From: Candidatus Omnitrophota bacterium
GTDB lineage: Bacteria > Omnitrophota > Gorgyraeia > Zapsychrales > Zapsychraceae
Assembly: GCA_028280285.1 (NCBI GenBank)
Contig: JANQMA010000014.1
Coordinates: 907-64,906 of the forward strand
Direction: 5' to 3'
DNA: 64,000 nucleotides
Shown in pieces: positions 18,964 through 29,900 of the stretch (the first letter of the stretch is position 1; each line of letters starts with the position of its first letter). The position numbers and the translations under genes were made by a program. The notes below the pieces were generated by a model. The model worked only from the letters and a program-made list of their open reading frames with translations. It had not been told where the DNA came from and ran no database searches.

Positions 18964-19824
18964 ATGAACAAAAAAATATCTGCTTACATAGAAATGACAA
19001 AACCGCGGATCATGACCCTGGTCCTGGTGACAACGGCTTTGGGGTATTATTTAGGAGGCCAAGGTATTAATTCCTGGCTTCAGTTTGTGTATCTTCTGAT
19101 CGCCTCCGGACTTGTGTGTGGCGGCAGCAGTGTTCTCAATCATTATCTTGAGCGCGACTATGACGCCAAGATGAATAGAACAAAAAATCGTCCAATTCCG
19201 TCCGGCATAATTAGTCCCAATAATGCCTTACAATTCGGGATCATTCTAACACTCATCGGTGTTTTTATTCTCTACACGAAAATTAATATTTTGACTTCCT
19301 TTTTAGGCCTTCTGACAACATTTCTCTATGTTTTAGTCTATACCCCCATGAAACGTGTTAGTTGGTTTAATACAACCGTCGGTGCTGTTCCAGGCGCTAT
19401 TCCGCCCCTCGGTGGATGGGCGGCTGCTACCGGCACGCTTGATTTCAACGCGGGGATGCTATTTCTCATTATGTTTATTTGGCAGCATCCGCATTTCTAT
19501 GCGATCGCTTGGATGCTTAAGGAAGATTACAAGCGAGGGGGCTTTCAAATGCTTCCTTTAGTTGAAAATGGCAAACAAAAAACATTCACACAAATTCTTT
19601 GGTATTCTATTATTTTAATTCCCGTTTCAGTTGTTCCGACGCTGACTGGCTTATCTGGCTATATTTATTGTGTTGGATCAATTGTTTTAGGGCTTTTGCT
19701 GTTTTATACAAGTTGGAGTTTTATCAAATCCGGTTCAATAGAAGATGCCCGTAATTTACTTAAGGCAACGGTGTATTATCTTCCGGTATTATTGTTTTTT
19801 ATTATCATCGACGTACAATTCTAA
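18964..19824 (+). CDS. ctaB: Protoheme IX farnesyltransferase (heme O synthase)
   Basis: UbiA-family polytopic protein; NRTKNRPIPSG and WQHPHF motifs. Confidence 0.9.
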   Translation: MNKKISAYIEMTKPRIMTLVLVTTALGYYLGGQGINSWLQFVYLLIASGLVCGGSSVLNHYLERDYDAKMNRTKNRPIPSGIISPNNALQFGIILTLIGVFILYTKINILTSFLGLLTTFLYVLVYTPMKRVSWFNTTVGAVPGAIPPLGGWAAATGTLDFNAGMLFLIMFIWQHPHFYAIAWMLKEDYKRGGFQMLPLVENGKQKTFTQILWYSIILIPVSVVPTLTGLSGYIYCVGSIVLGLLLFYTSWSFIKSGSIEDARNLLKATVYYLPVLLFFIIIDVQF

Positions 19825-20402
19825 TGAAAAAAACATTTATTATTATCATTGTGATTATCGGTTTTATTGCGGCCATTGGGTTTGCCGGTGTGACGCTTTA
19901 TAAAATACTTGATAAACCACCACTTCCAGTTTTAGGGCAAGTCAATAACTTCACCCTTGTTGATGCCGATGGAAAGCCGTTTAGTCTTAAACGCCTGGAG
20001 GATAAAATCTGGATTGCGGATTTTTTCTTTACTACCTGTAGTGATATCTGTCCGATTATGACAAAAAACATGAAGTCTCTCTATGAATCATTTAAACTCG
20101 AGCCGAAGATGCGCTTGGTATCCATTACAGTCAACCCTGAACAAGATACGCCAGCAACACTCAAACGCTACGCCAAAGAAGCAGGCGCTGATGCTAAAAA
20201 TTGGTACTTTTTGACAGGGGAAAGAGCCGTCATTCGGGATCTTTTAATTAACAGCTTTAAACTCGGAGATGTGAAAGAGCCAATCTTCCACAGTTCCTAT
20301 TTTGCTCTTGTCGATAGAGCAGGACTTATTCGCGGCTATTATGACGGAACAGATGATGAGGCCGTTGCCAAACTGTTTAAAGATGCCGCTTCACTGCTTT
20401 AA
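19824..20402 (+). CDS. sco1: SCO1/SenC copper chaperone for oxidase assembly
   Basis: N-terminal TM helix and a thioredoxin fold with CxxxCP (CSDICP). Confidence 0.85.
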   Translation: MKKTFIIIIVIIGFIAAIGFAGVTLYKILDKPPLPVLGQVNNFTLVDADGKPFSLKRLEDKIWIADFFFTTCSDICPIMTKNMKSLYESFKLEPKMRLVSITVNPEQDTPATLKRYAKEAGADAKNWYFLTGERAVIRDLLINSFKLGDVKEPIFHSSYFALVDRAGLIRGYYDGTDDEAVAKLFKDAASLL

Positions 20403-20404
20403 TC

Positions 20405-20824
20405 ATGGATATTTCTGTATTTCCCACAATTAATGCCAGCCTTAACGGGCTTGCCGGTGTTTTTCTTTATTTGGGCTACAGAGCCGTTAAAAAGGGAAAT
20501 ACCGCGCTTCACCGCCAGCATATGGTAACGGCTTTAATTTGCTCGGCACTATTTCTTGCGTGCTATTTGACTTATCACTATTTAAAAAAAGGGCTTGTGA
20601 CACGCTACGAAGAGGAAGGTGTGCTTAGAATCATTTATCTTGCCATTCTTATTTCGCATACAATCCTGGCAGCCATTGTCCCGCCGGCGGCCATTACAGC
20701 CGTTGTGCATGCTGTGCGTGGCAATTTTGTTAAGCACATCCGCATCACGCGTTGGCTTTATCCGGTATGGATTTATGTCTCGATTACGGGCGTGATTGTC
20801 TATCTTATGCTTTACGTTTTTTAA
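20405..20824 (+). CDS. DUF420-family membrane protein (commonly co-encoded with caa3 oxidases)
   Basis: Four-TM small protein directly downstream of sco1. Confidence 0.6.
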   Translation: MDISVFPTINASLNGLAGVFLYLGYRAVKKGNTALHRQHMVTALICSALFLACYLTYHYLKKGLVTRYEEEGVLRIIYLAILISHTILAAIVPPAAITAVVHAVRGNFVKHIRITRWLYPVWIYVSITGVIVYLMLYVF

Positions 20825-21120
20825 TGCGAAAAAGTTTTAGGAAAAACCGTCCCATCTGCTTTTCTTTTTCCCAAAAAAATTGAAATTGGCCCAACAGCAC
20901 TGCGAAGATTAAGAGATTAATCTGGTAGGTAGGAAATACGATTAAAAGCCAGAGGAAGAATTTGATCAGAAAAGGCGTTTGTTCCGTTACACCGATAATA
21001 TGAAAAAAAGGTTTACGGACAAAGAGGATCGAACTGCCGGCCAGCGAAAACACCAGCAAAATCAAAATCACATCCAGATTCGATTTAATATTCCATTTGG
21101 CTTTTAATTTTTCAAACATA
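20805..21120 (-). CDS. Small membrane protein (about 105 aa), last gene of the minus-strand operon
   Basis: Hydrophobic ORF; preferred start MFEKLKAKW at 21120 follows the upstream stop with a TAATTATG junction. Confidence 0.35.
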
Positions 21121-21122
21121 AT

Positions 21123-21250
21123 TAAAAAGTCGTTGTCATAAAAATTACACCGCATACAAGCACAACAACAGCCGTCGCTGCCAAAACATAAATCATTTTA
21201 AGAAAGCCGTCCGCTCCGGTATCAAATTTTAAAATGGTTTTCCATTTCAT
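21123..21250 (-). CDS. Tiny 1-TM protein (44 aa) not in the ORF track
   Basis: MKWKTILKFDTGADGFLKMIYVLAATAVVVLVCGVIFMTTTF*; its start overlaps the upstream stop (ATGA). Confidence 0.3.
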
Positions 21251-21408
21251 GATTTAAGCAAAAACCTGTCGATAACCCACCCTGTAAAAAATAAAGACAT
21301 GCCAATAAGAAGTATACGCGGATTCATTAAATTGGGAAACTTCATAAAAAAGTCAATGGATATTAAAATCAGTCCGGATGCTTGGATAACTTTGGCAACA
21401 TAATACAT
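21247..21408 (-). CDS. Tiny membrane protein (about 54 aa) not in the ORF track
   Basis: MYYVAKVIQASGLILISIDFFMKFPNLMNPRILLIGMSLFFTGWVIDRFLLKS*; starts 2 nt after the upstream stop (TAATTATG). Confidence 0.3.
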   Translation of the reverse strand: MYYVAKVIQASGLILISIDFFMKFPNLMNPRILLIGMSLFFTGWVIDRFLLKS

Positions 21409-21410
21409 AA

Positions 21411-21890
21411 TTAACTTTGTTTAATGCCTGACATAGCCAAAATATTTTCCGTGTTTTCACGGAAACATTTATTTTGGATAACTTTAATACGACAATAATC
21501 AATAATGCAAAAAATAAAAAGACTATAATAAATCCATGGATGAATGCGATGTGTATCCACAGCACCCACCAAACAAAATAAGATAATCATAAAGAGCATA
21601 TTAAGAAGAAGAGGAGGATACACAATGCGTTTGATCCCGATTGACTTTTTATGATATTTAGGATCAAGATTATTATCTTTCGTATAATCGCGGACACTAA
21701 CACCTGTCCCGACGAAGAAAAAGATAACCAAAGTTTCTGTAAAGGCATAAAGGATGCTAACAAGCACCATAAAGGTGAGATGATTCGCCGCAAAGAGGTG
21801 AAATTTTAAGAAACTTTGAAAAAAAGCAATACATAAACCTGCGAGTGTAAACAGACTCATTACATAGCAGGTGATCATAAAAAACCACAT
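21411..21890 (-). CDS. Polytopic membrane protein (159 aa), 7 nt downstream of the ferredoxin gene
   Basis: Four to five hydrophobic helices. Confidence 0.45.
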   Translation of the reverse strand: MWFFMITCYVMSLFTLAGLCIAFFQSFLKFHLFAANHLTFMVLVSILYAFTETLVIFFFVGTGVSVRDYTKDNNLDPKYHKKSIGIKRIVYPPLLLNMLFMIILFCLVGAVDTHRIHPWIYYSLFIFCIIDYCRIKVIQNKCFRENTENILAMSGIKQS

Positions 21891-21896
21891 GGGTAC

Positions 21897-22178
21897 TTAT
21901 TCTTCTTTAGCGAGAGGTTCCTTCTTTTCTGTGATAACAGGAAGGTCGCCGGTTTTATCGGCATTAAGCTGAATATAGCTTTGCCATTGTTCAGGAACGT
22001 CTTCTTCGGTATAAATCGCTTGGACAGGACATTCGGGAATACATGCACCGCAATCGATACATACATCCGGATCAATAACGAGCATCTCGGCATCTTCATG
22101 GAAACAGTCAACAGGGCAGACCGTTACACAATCCGTATATTTACATTTAACGCATGGTTCAGTAACCACATGAGCCAT
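21897..22178 (-). CDS. fdxA: 7Fe (3Fe-4S / 4Fe-4S) ferredoxin, Azotobacter FdxA type
   Basis: [17 protein letters not shown] plus [12 protein letters not shown] cluster motifs. Confidence 0.9.
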   Translation of the reverse strand: MAHVVTEPCVKCKYTDCVTVCPVDCFHEDAEMLVIDPDVCIDCGACIPECPVQAIYTEEDVPEQWQSYIQLNADKTGDLPVITEKKEPLAKEE

Positions 22179-22254
22179 AATTTACCTCCACATTCTTTTT
22201 ATCAGGTTAAACACATAAAGAATATAACAGCTTTTTATCCGCTGTCAATCACGA

Positions 22255-23763
22255 TTACAAAGAAACCGGTTCGTGCGCTTGGATTTCTTGCACAACGTTT
22301 TTCTCTACGTCATCTTTTTTCGTTTTAAACAAATTAATAAATTTTTTAAAGAAGTAATCAATGAACGCTTTAAAGCCGTATAATTTACGCAGCAAATCAC
22401 CGACCGTACGGATAGAAATCAACATCTGCCACATTTGCTTTGGGCGCAAATAGAACTCTTTTAACCCCTTGTCTATATATTCATCGATATCACGGCTTGA
22501 AAACTGTGGATAACTCAAAAGTGTCCGTTGTTCTTTCTGCGCATTGAGCCATTCGCGCCAATCATTGGCTCTTAAATAACCATTCTTTTTGGCCCATTTA
22601 TAAATAGATGTCCCGGGATAAGAAGCAACACCGGTTACTTGAATGGTATCAAGGGGAAGAGACTTGGCAAAATCGATTGTTTCCTGGGCTGTTTTTTTAG
22701 TCTCACCAGGAGCTCCAATCATAAAGCAGCCGTGGATGGTAAATCCAAGGTCATGCGCCCGATGGGCATAATCCCGGGCACCCTTAACGCTTACGCCACC
22801 TTTATTAACCGCTTTAAGCCCGTCATCATAACCAAACTCAAATCCTGTCATAAGCATACGGCAGCCGGCCTCACGCATAAGCGGAAGGACCTCTAAATCC
22901 GTATTGGTGCGCATATTGCACGACCAGGTAATTTTTTTATGAATACCGCGTTTCATAATTTCACGGCAAACATTTTCAACATGTTCATTGTCCGCGGCGA
23001 ATGTATCGGTCTCAAACATGATCTCACGAATCTGCGGATGAAGCTTTAGGTCATATTCCATTTCTTCGGCGACCTGAACGGCTGTGCGATTACGTAACTT
23101 ATAGCCATACATAAGCTGCGGATCACGGCAAAAGGTACAACCATTATTGCAGCCACGTCCGGTCATAAGCGTTAAAAATGGAAATTTCTTGCCACCGTCG
23201 GGATACCATTCGGGTTCAATCAATTGCCAGGCAGGGAAAGGGAGTTCAGTCACATCAAGCACCGGACGATCAGGATTGGTGATAACGTTTTGACCATCCC
23301 ACCACGTCATACCCAAAACTTTTGACGGTTCAGTGCCATTCGCTAAATCCCGCAATGTATAATCATATTCACCACGCAGGATATAATCAACAACGCCACC
23401 GCTGATTTCAAAAGTGTTTTCAGGGACTGCCGAGGCATGCTGCCCGACAAAAGCAACCTTACAATTCGTTTTATCTTTGATTACACGCGCTTGTTCAATG
23501 TCATTGTAAACAGACGGCGTTGTCGCGTGGATCATCAAGAGATCCGGATTAAAATCAAAAATGATTTTATAAGATTCTTCCGGCGTCAGATTACGGGCTG
23601 CCGCCTCAATAAACTTAACATCATGGCCGGCATCAATAGAGACCTGGATGGCGGTAAGCATATACTCAGGATGCCGCTGCACACGACCGCGGGACTTGGC
23701 CGCCCAGCGGGCCACACGGACAAAATCTTCACCAAAAGAGGGATTTAAGACTGCAATTTTCAT
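22255..23763 (-). CDS. B12-binding-domain radical SAM enzyme (class B)
   Basis: N-terminal B12-binding-like domain and the radical SAM motif GRGCNNGCTFC. Substrate unknown; the same architecture occurs in hopanoid/lipid methylases and BchE-like enzymes. Confidence 0.75.
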   Translation of the reverse strand: MKIAVLNPSFGEDFVRVARWAAKSRGRVQRHPEYMLTAIQVSIDAGHDVKFIEAAARNLTPEESYKIIFDFNPDLLMIHATTPSVYNDIEQARVIKDKTNCKVAFVGQHASAVPENTFEISGGVVDYILRGEYDYTLRDLANGTEPSKVLGMTWWDGQNVITNPDRPVLDVTELPFPAWQLIEPEWYPDGGKKFPFLTLMTGRGCNNGCTFCRDPQLMYGYKLRNRTAVQVAEEMEYDLKLHPQIREIMFETDTFAADNEHVENVCREIMKRGIHKKITWSCNMRTNTDLEVLPLMREAGCRMLMTGFEFGYDDGLKAVNKGGVSVKGARDYAHRAHDLGFTIHGCFMIGAPGETKKTAQETIDFAKSLPLDTIQVTGVASYPGTSIYKWAKKNGYLRANDWREWLNAQKEQRTLLSYPQFSSRDIDEYIDKGLKEFYLRPKQMWQMLISIRTVGDLLRKLYGFKAFIDYFFKKFINLFKTKKDDVEKNVVQEIQAHEPVSL

Positions 23764-23772
23764 GTCGAAAGG

Positions 23773-23831
23773 TAATTTTAGCGTTGCTGGAGGCTAGCAA
23801 CGAGCGACTAGCATCGAGCAACTAATTAGTT
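23773..23831. repeat. Heptamer-built palindromic element (AGCNNCN units) in the divergent region between the rSAM gene and the giant gene
   Basis: agcgttgct...agcaacg agcgact agcatcg agcaact aattagttg, including the caactaattagttg palindrome. Confidence 0.45.
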
Positions 23832-23995
23832 GATATACACATAATAGTACTCCCCGAAGACATTTCAAGAATTAATTGATAAAAGATTGATGCTTTCGAG
23901 ACTTTGAATATCAGAACTATTTTTTGCATTAATAATAATATATGTAATACTTGCACTACTATTTTTTAAAGTTATATAAGGAATTAATATCTGTG

Positions 23996-26900
23996 ATGCG
24001 TACCCACTGGACATATAGGTTCATTGCATTGGTTGTAAGCTGTTTATTTACAGTTACTTCGATCAATCCCGTCTATGCTCAAGTCCAGCCTGTTTCGGAT
24101 ATTGTTCCTAAACTACTTCCTATCAATGGTTTAAATCAGCCCTTTGAACCTATGCTTATCAAAGGCCTTAAAGTTAATCAAACCAACCCCTTCGAGATGG
24201 AATTTATTGTCAGTAATAAGAAGAGTGGTCAGTTTAAGAAGGAGTCTGCTCGGCTTATAAAATACTTCCTTGCGGCCTTAACCATTCCTGGAAAAGACAT
24301 GTGGGTGAATTTGTCCCCTTACGAAAAAAACCGGATTATTCCCGAATCCTTTGGTCAGACTGAGATGGGAAGGGAGCTGTTAGTTCAGGATTATCTCTTA
24401 AAACAGGTCACAGCATCATTATTGCATCCGGATGGTGAATATGGACAAAAATTTTGGGCCAAGATAGCGACCCAAGCATCCCAGGATATACCGTTAGAAT
24501 TATTCAGCAAAGTCTGGATCATACCGGATAAAGCAGTGGTGTATGAAAATGGAGGGACAGCCTATGTGGTGGAGGCGAGTTTAAAGGTGATGTTGGAGCG
24601 TGACTATTTAGCGGTTCAAACAGATGCTAGATCCTCGATGCTTGATGCTAGTCAACAAGAACTAGTATCTAGTATCCAGCATCCAGCATCTAATAACCTA
24701 ATCCGTGAAATTATAATCCCCGCCATCACCCAGGAGGTAAATGAATCCAAAAACTTCGCCAAACTCCGTCAAATCTATCACAGTCTCATCCTTGCGACCT
24801 GGTACAAAAAAAAGATGCAAAACGGGATTCTGAACCAAATCTATGTCGATCAAAACAAAACCGATGGGTTCATCCATAATGACCCTGAAGCAGCCAACAA
24901 AATTTGGCGAGAATATACCGAAACATTTAAAGAAGGAGCGTACAATTCCATCAAAGAAGAATACGATCCGCAGACCCAGCAAATCATCCCAAAGAAATAT
25001 TTTTCTGGCGGAGCTGATATGGCTAGCCTTGAAACAGAATCAATAGATAATTTTGTCTTAAAAGATGATGAAAGAGATATGGCTGTTCTTAAGATTAAAT
25101 TAAACTTAGAAAAATCTGACTTCGCGAGCTTAGCTAAAAGATTTTGGGAAAGACTAAGTATAGGTGGATTTGATATAGAAACTATCAAAAAATTATCGAC
25201 AGCTGTGCTAGACCAAAAAATTGAAAACCCAAAACAGTACGTTAATTCACTTATTGATTTTAAAAACTCTGTTAAACAAGCAACTTTATTAGAAAATCTT
25301 ATTAAAAGCATCATCAGTGCCAAAGATCCCAAAGGTCTCATTGATAACTATAAAATTATCATCGATAAAGTACACTATGGCTTGGGGCGTGATTCACAAG
25401 AGGACCTGGATAAACACCTAAAAAAGATTAGCGAGCAAGAGTCCCCTGAAACAGTGGCCCAAGAGGTAGTAGATATCCACTCAAAACTAAAGGAATTAGG
25501 CCGTAAAGACTACTACTACGTTGCTAATGATATATTTAAATATATTTTAGTTTCGGATGATTACGCCAGAAACACTGCTCTTCTTAATAAATCCACACTA
25601 CTCACTCAAATCTTTAAACTCATCAATGAACTCAATACCGAATCAAAAGATTACTATGACCTTGATTCTGATATCAAAGATAGAATTGTCTTAAAGATAC
25701 TTAGTGATACTGACATTGAAGCGATAGCTGATAGCTTTATTGAGTTTTATGTTAACTTAAAATACTTCGATTTACTGGGAAGCCAAAAAAGTAACCTTCT
25801 AACAACCATCATAGAACATACAAAATATAAGCAATTAGTGGTTTGGATGAACGCTAATTCGGATACTATTAAAAAGAATGCAAAAGCTATTCCTAAACAT
25901 GAAAAAAGAATGCAATATCTACAACAGGTTATTGAATCCTATGATGGCAGCAATACCGTCATTGATACAGGTGAGTACGGACAACTTAAAGCCCTACTCA
26001 ACAGTACATCTATAGAAAAAGAGGATATTGAAGAATTACTAGAGACAGCATCTAACACAGATACTATATCTCTACTGTTAAGTTTTACAAAATATCTGAT
26101 TGATAAAAGTAAGTTTGAAGATGCTTTAGATAAAGGATTTAAAGATGATTTATATAGAAAGTTACTGAAAAGCATCATCAACGCCAAAGATCCCAAAGGT
26201 CTCATTGATAACTATAAAATTATCATCGATGAAGTACACTATGACTTAAAGCGTAAATCACAAGAGGACCTGGATAAACACCTAAAAAAGATTAGCGAGC
26301 AAGAGTCCCCTGAAACAGTGGCCCAAGAGGTAGTGGATATCCACTCAAAACTGAAGGAATTAGGCAATAAAGACTACTACTACGTTGCTAATGATATATT
26401 TAAATATATTTTAGAATCTGATAATTATTCTAAATCTATTCACAGCTTAACCAACAAAATAATATTACAATCATTGTTTGATCTTATAACTAATCATCAT
26501 GATAAAAAAATTAGTAATTTAGTTAAACTTCATCTGCCCAATACTACCGAAAATCTAGATTACACAAAAATACTAGTTCTAGAGCACTTAAAATGGAATA
26601 TCATTCATAAAGAATTACTCGAAATTTTAAATAATAGTGAAATACTTTCAGTCTTTATAAAGACTACAAATGAAATTATCAAAACATCAAAAATCAATCC
26701 AAAAAAGGAGATCAATATATTCTTGTCTGGACTGGATGAGTACTTAAAAGTGCAAGATATTTATAAACCCCTTTTAGAGTGGAATGAAGAGGATTGGAAT
26801 TATTTAGTTAACCGTCAAGAACTAGAAAATACATTAAAAAGTAAAAATTCATCATTTGATGAAAAAATGGATTTATTAAATTTCTACCATAGATTTCGTC

Positions 26901-29900
26901 CGGTAACCTCATACAGTTTTAAAACCATACGGTCATTATTTGAACAAGAAGCTCAAACAGATGAGCAAAAAATCGAAGTTGTTGAGTATGTGGTTGATTT
27001 AATTAGAGACAAAAACGATATGGAAAATAGTTTCCCTTATTTAAGAGGGTTGGTCCAAAAAATAGCCCGCAAGCGTCCCAAACAAGGGGAATCGACTATT
27101 GAATTAACTCCTGTTGAACGGTCAATCTTAGAAGCTTTTGACACTATCGAACAGCGTGATCATTTGATTGACGTGATGCTTAATCCACACATGTCTTTGG
27201 ATACTAAAGAGTCGCTTTTGTCGATAACAGCCGGAACTGTTCTTGATCCAGGTTTAACGACAATTTATCAACAATTGAAAACTAAAAGAGAAAAAAAGAC
27301 ATTTTTTGAATTATTCTTGCGTATTAAAATAGAATTTAATATCAAACCACCGGCACTTATACTCCAATACCTTTTAAATGGTCAATTGACTTTTGAAAAT
27401 TTAAAACAAGCAGTACCAAAAGTTCAAGGAAAGTCTCTTAAAAATCTGATAGAAAGCCCAGAGTTTTTAGAAAAAGACAATAATTTTTTTCTGCTCAGTT
27501 ACTTTATATTTAATCCCTCAAAATGGGAATACGCACATCAACAACGGTTTGATCAATTTAAAAGTATTATGGATATTGTCAAATCGCATATTCAAAATTC
27601 AAACTTTACCAAAGCTGCAGAAAAAGAATTATATGCATCGATCAGAAAACATTCATCGGAGGCAGAGGAAATAATTGCTGCGCTCAAAACCGGTGAAAGT
27701 ATTATTCCCAAAATTTCCGGGATGAAAGATGCGGATGGTCAATTTATTCCCCAGCCGGTGAATATAAGCTATGCAGAATCCGAGGCTTTAAAACAGCAAA
27801 GAACGGATTTTATGATGGAGTTTAATCTCCGCTTAATGAATATCTTAAAGGCCATGCATTATATAAAAAACATAACAGCTATTACTAACAGATACCAGGA
27901 TGAGTCTGTTGAATTGCGGTCTCAATTTAATGACCTTATTAAGTCAATCCAAGGGTTAGGGGGTTTTGATAATCAGCTTTTAATACAACTGCATGACATG
28001 TATTTAAACGCCTTAAAAATCCTTCCCAAATTTAAATTTGCAAATGCAACCGACCTTGAGCAAGAAATACAAAATCAAACACAAAAATTTCTCTTAGCAT
28101 TTAAGAAAAAAGCTTTAATGCCAGTATACGGTTTTAGACCATTACTTGAGCAATATAAAATTAAAAATAATGATAAGCTCATCCATTCCTTAAGTGAATA
28201 TGATATTGATCTGTTTTATAGGGCCTTTCAGAATAAATCACGATGGGGCAAGGCATATCAGGAGACGGATCATTTTGAAGGATTCATTAAACAAACATTT
28301 TCGCTTATTCCCGAACTTTTTTCTAAGAAGCATTTTGGCGACCTTTACACGGAACCGTTTCAAAAAGCCTGGGGAGAGATGGTTGGACATTTTTCGACTA
28401 CTGCAAAACAATATGAAAAAATAATACAAGATCAAGATGATGTTAATGGAAAGTCAAAATTAGTTTATGCATCTTTGTTATCTAAAAGTGACATTCTTCC
28501 GTATATTAGGTTTGGTGATGCCCCAGAGTGTTGTTTGAGTTCACATAAGGAGAGTGATCAGTTATCACAAGGTTATATAGAATATATGGCATCAGCTCTA
28601 CTTGATCAGGGGACGCATGTTATTCTCTTTCATACAGAAAATAAACCGGTTGGCTTTATTTTATGGCACTTCGCTAAAGACAAAAAAGACAAACTTGTGG
28701 CCGCCAGTGCGCGACTTTATTTACAGACCCAATACCGTTCCACAATATCTACACAGAATATAATGAAAAAAGCTGAAGAGATTATGGCTCACCTGGGAAT
28801 ACAAGAAATTCATGTATCCGATACTTCCTATCCAGGGGCCCAAGGTATTCCTGAGGGATATGAAGGAGCCCATAGTATTGAACTCAAACGCATTCAAACA
28901 ACCACAAGTGTTGAGACAACCACAACGGATTTGGACCGTTATTTATCTAATCATTTTCGTTCAATGAGCATGCATAGCAAACGTTTAGATAATGTGCTGA
29001 TAAACAAGAACGATGCTCTCCTTGAAACAGCGCCAGAACCACACGAAGATCCTCTGGAGTTGGAACTGGTAGAAAATAATCCGCTTAATGTCCAGGAAAT
29101 AATCGCTCAAGGTGATATTATTGAATCGAAAAGCGCTCAAGAATACCAAAATACGTTAAATTTGAAATTTACACAATTAGGTATTATAGAAGCATCGAAA
29201 TTTCGTGTATTTATTAGAGACGCTGATATTCAATTACACGTGCTGAGACCAAGGAGTTTCGATAAACCAACCTTTGGATTAAATGTGCCATTTACCTCTA
29301 AGAACAAAGATCTTTATGCCATAAGCCAGGAGGAAGATGGCAAAATCAATATTTATATCAGCGAATTTGCTTACCTATATGGCAGTCAGGCTCTTACACA
29401 AGAACTAATTGCCCAAGAGTTGTATAAAATTTTTGCTAAAAGTCAGTCTCTGGAAGCAACAAATGACATTGACTTAGAAAGAATGATTAATGCCGAGTAT
29501 GAGAATTATTTTAAAAGTTGGTTAGAGTCTTTGAGCGCAGTAGAGCTCTCAGATTTAGGATTAAAGGGACAAATAAAGCGTATGACGATGCGTTCTTTTG
29601 TTTTCGGCCGTTTAATGGGAGAGTTACATGTAGATCAACAAAGCAAACTTACACATTTTATGCGAGAACGCAGGGAGGTTTCTATAAAACTTAATCAGAG
29701 AAATACAGAGTCACAGGAAATAACAATGCCTATCCCTGAAGATGCCTGGGAACTGATGGCCGATATTATGATCAATAAAAAAAATCCAGGAGAATTTATT
29801 AATACTAAAATGCAAAAGGACCATTTATTGTATTGGCTGTTCGCTTCTTATGCACCAGTTGTTTTTAATTCTATAGCCAAACAAATAAAAAATTTAATCG

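Noticed and set aside
21981-22328. 115-aa plus-strand ORF overlapping fdxA and the rSAM gene 3' end
   Set aside because: It is antisense to two well-supported genes; no motifs.
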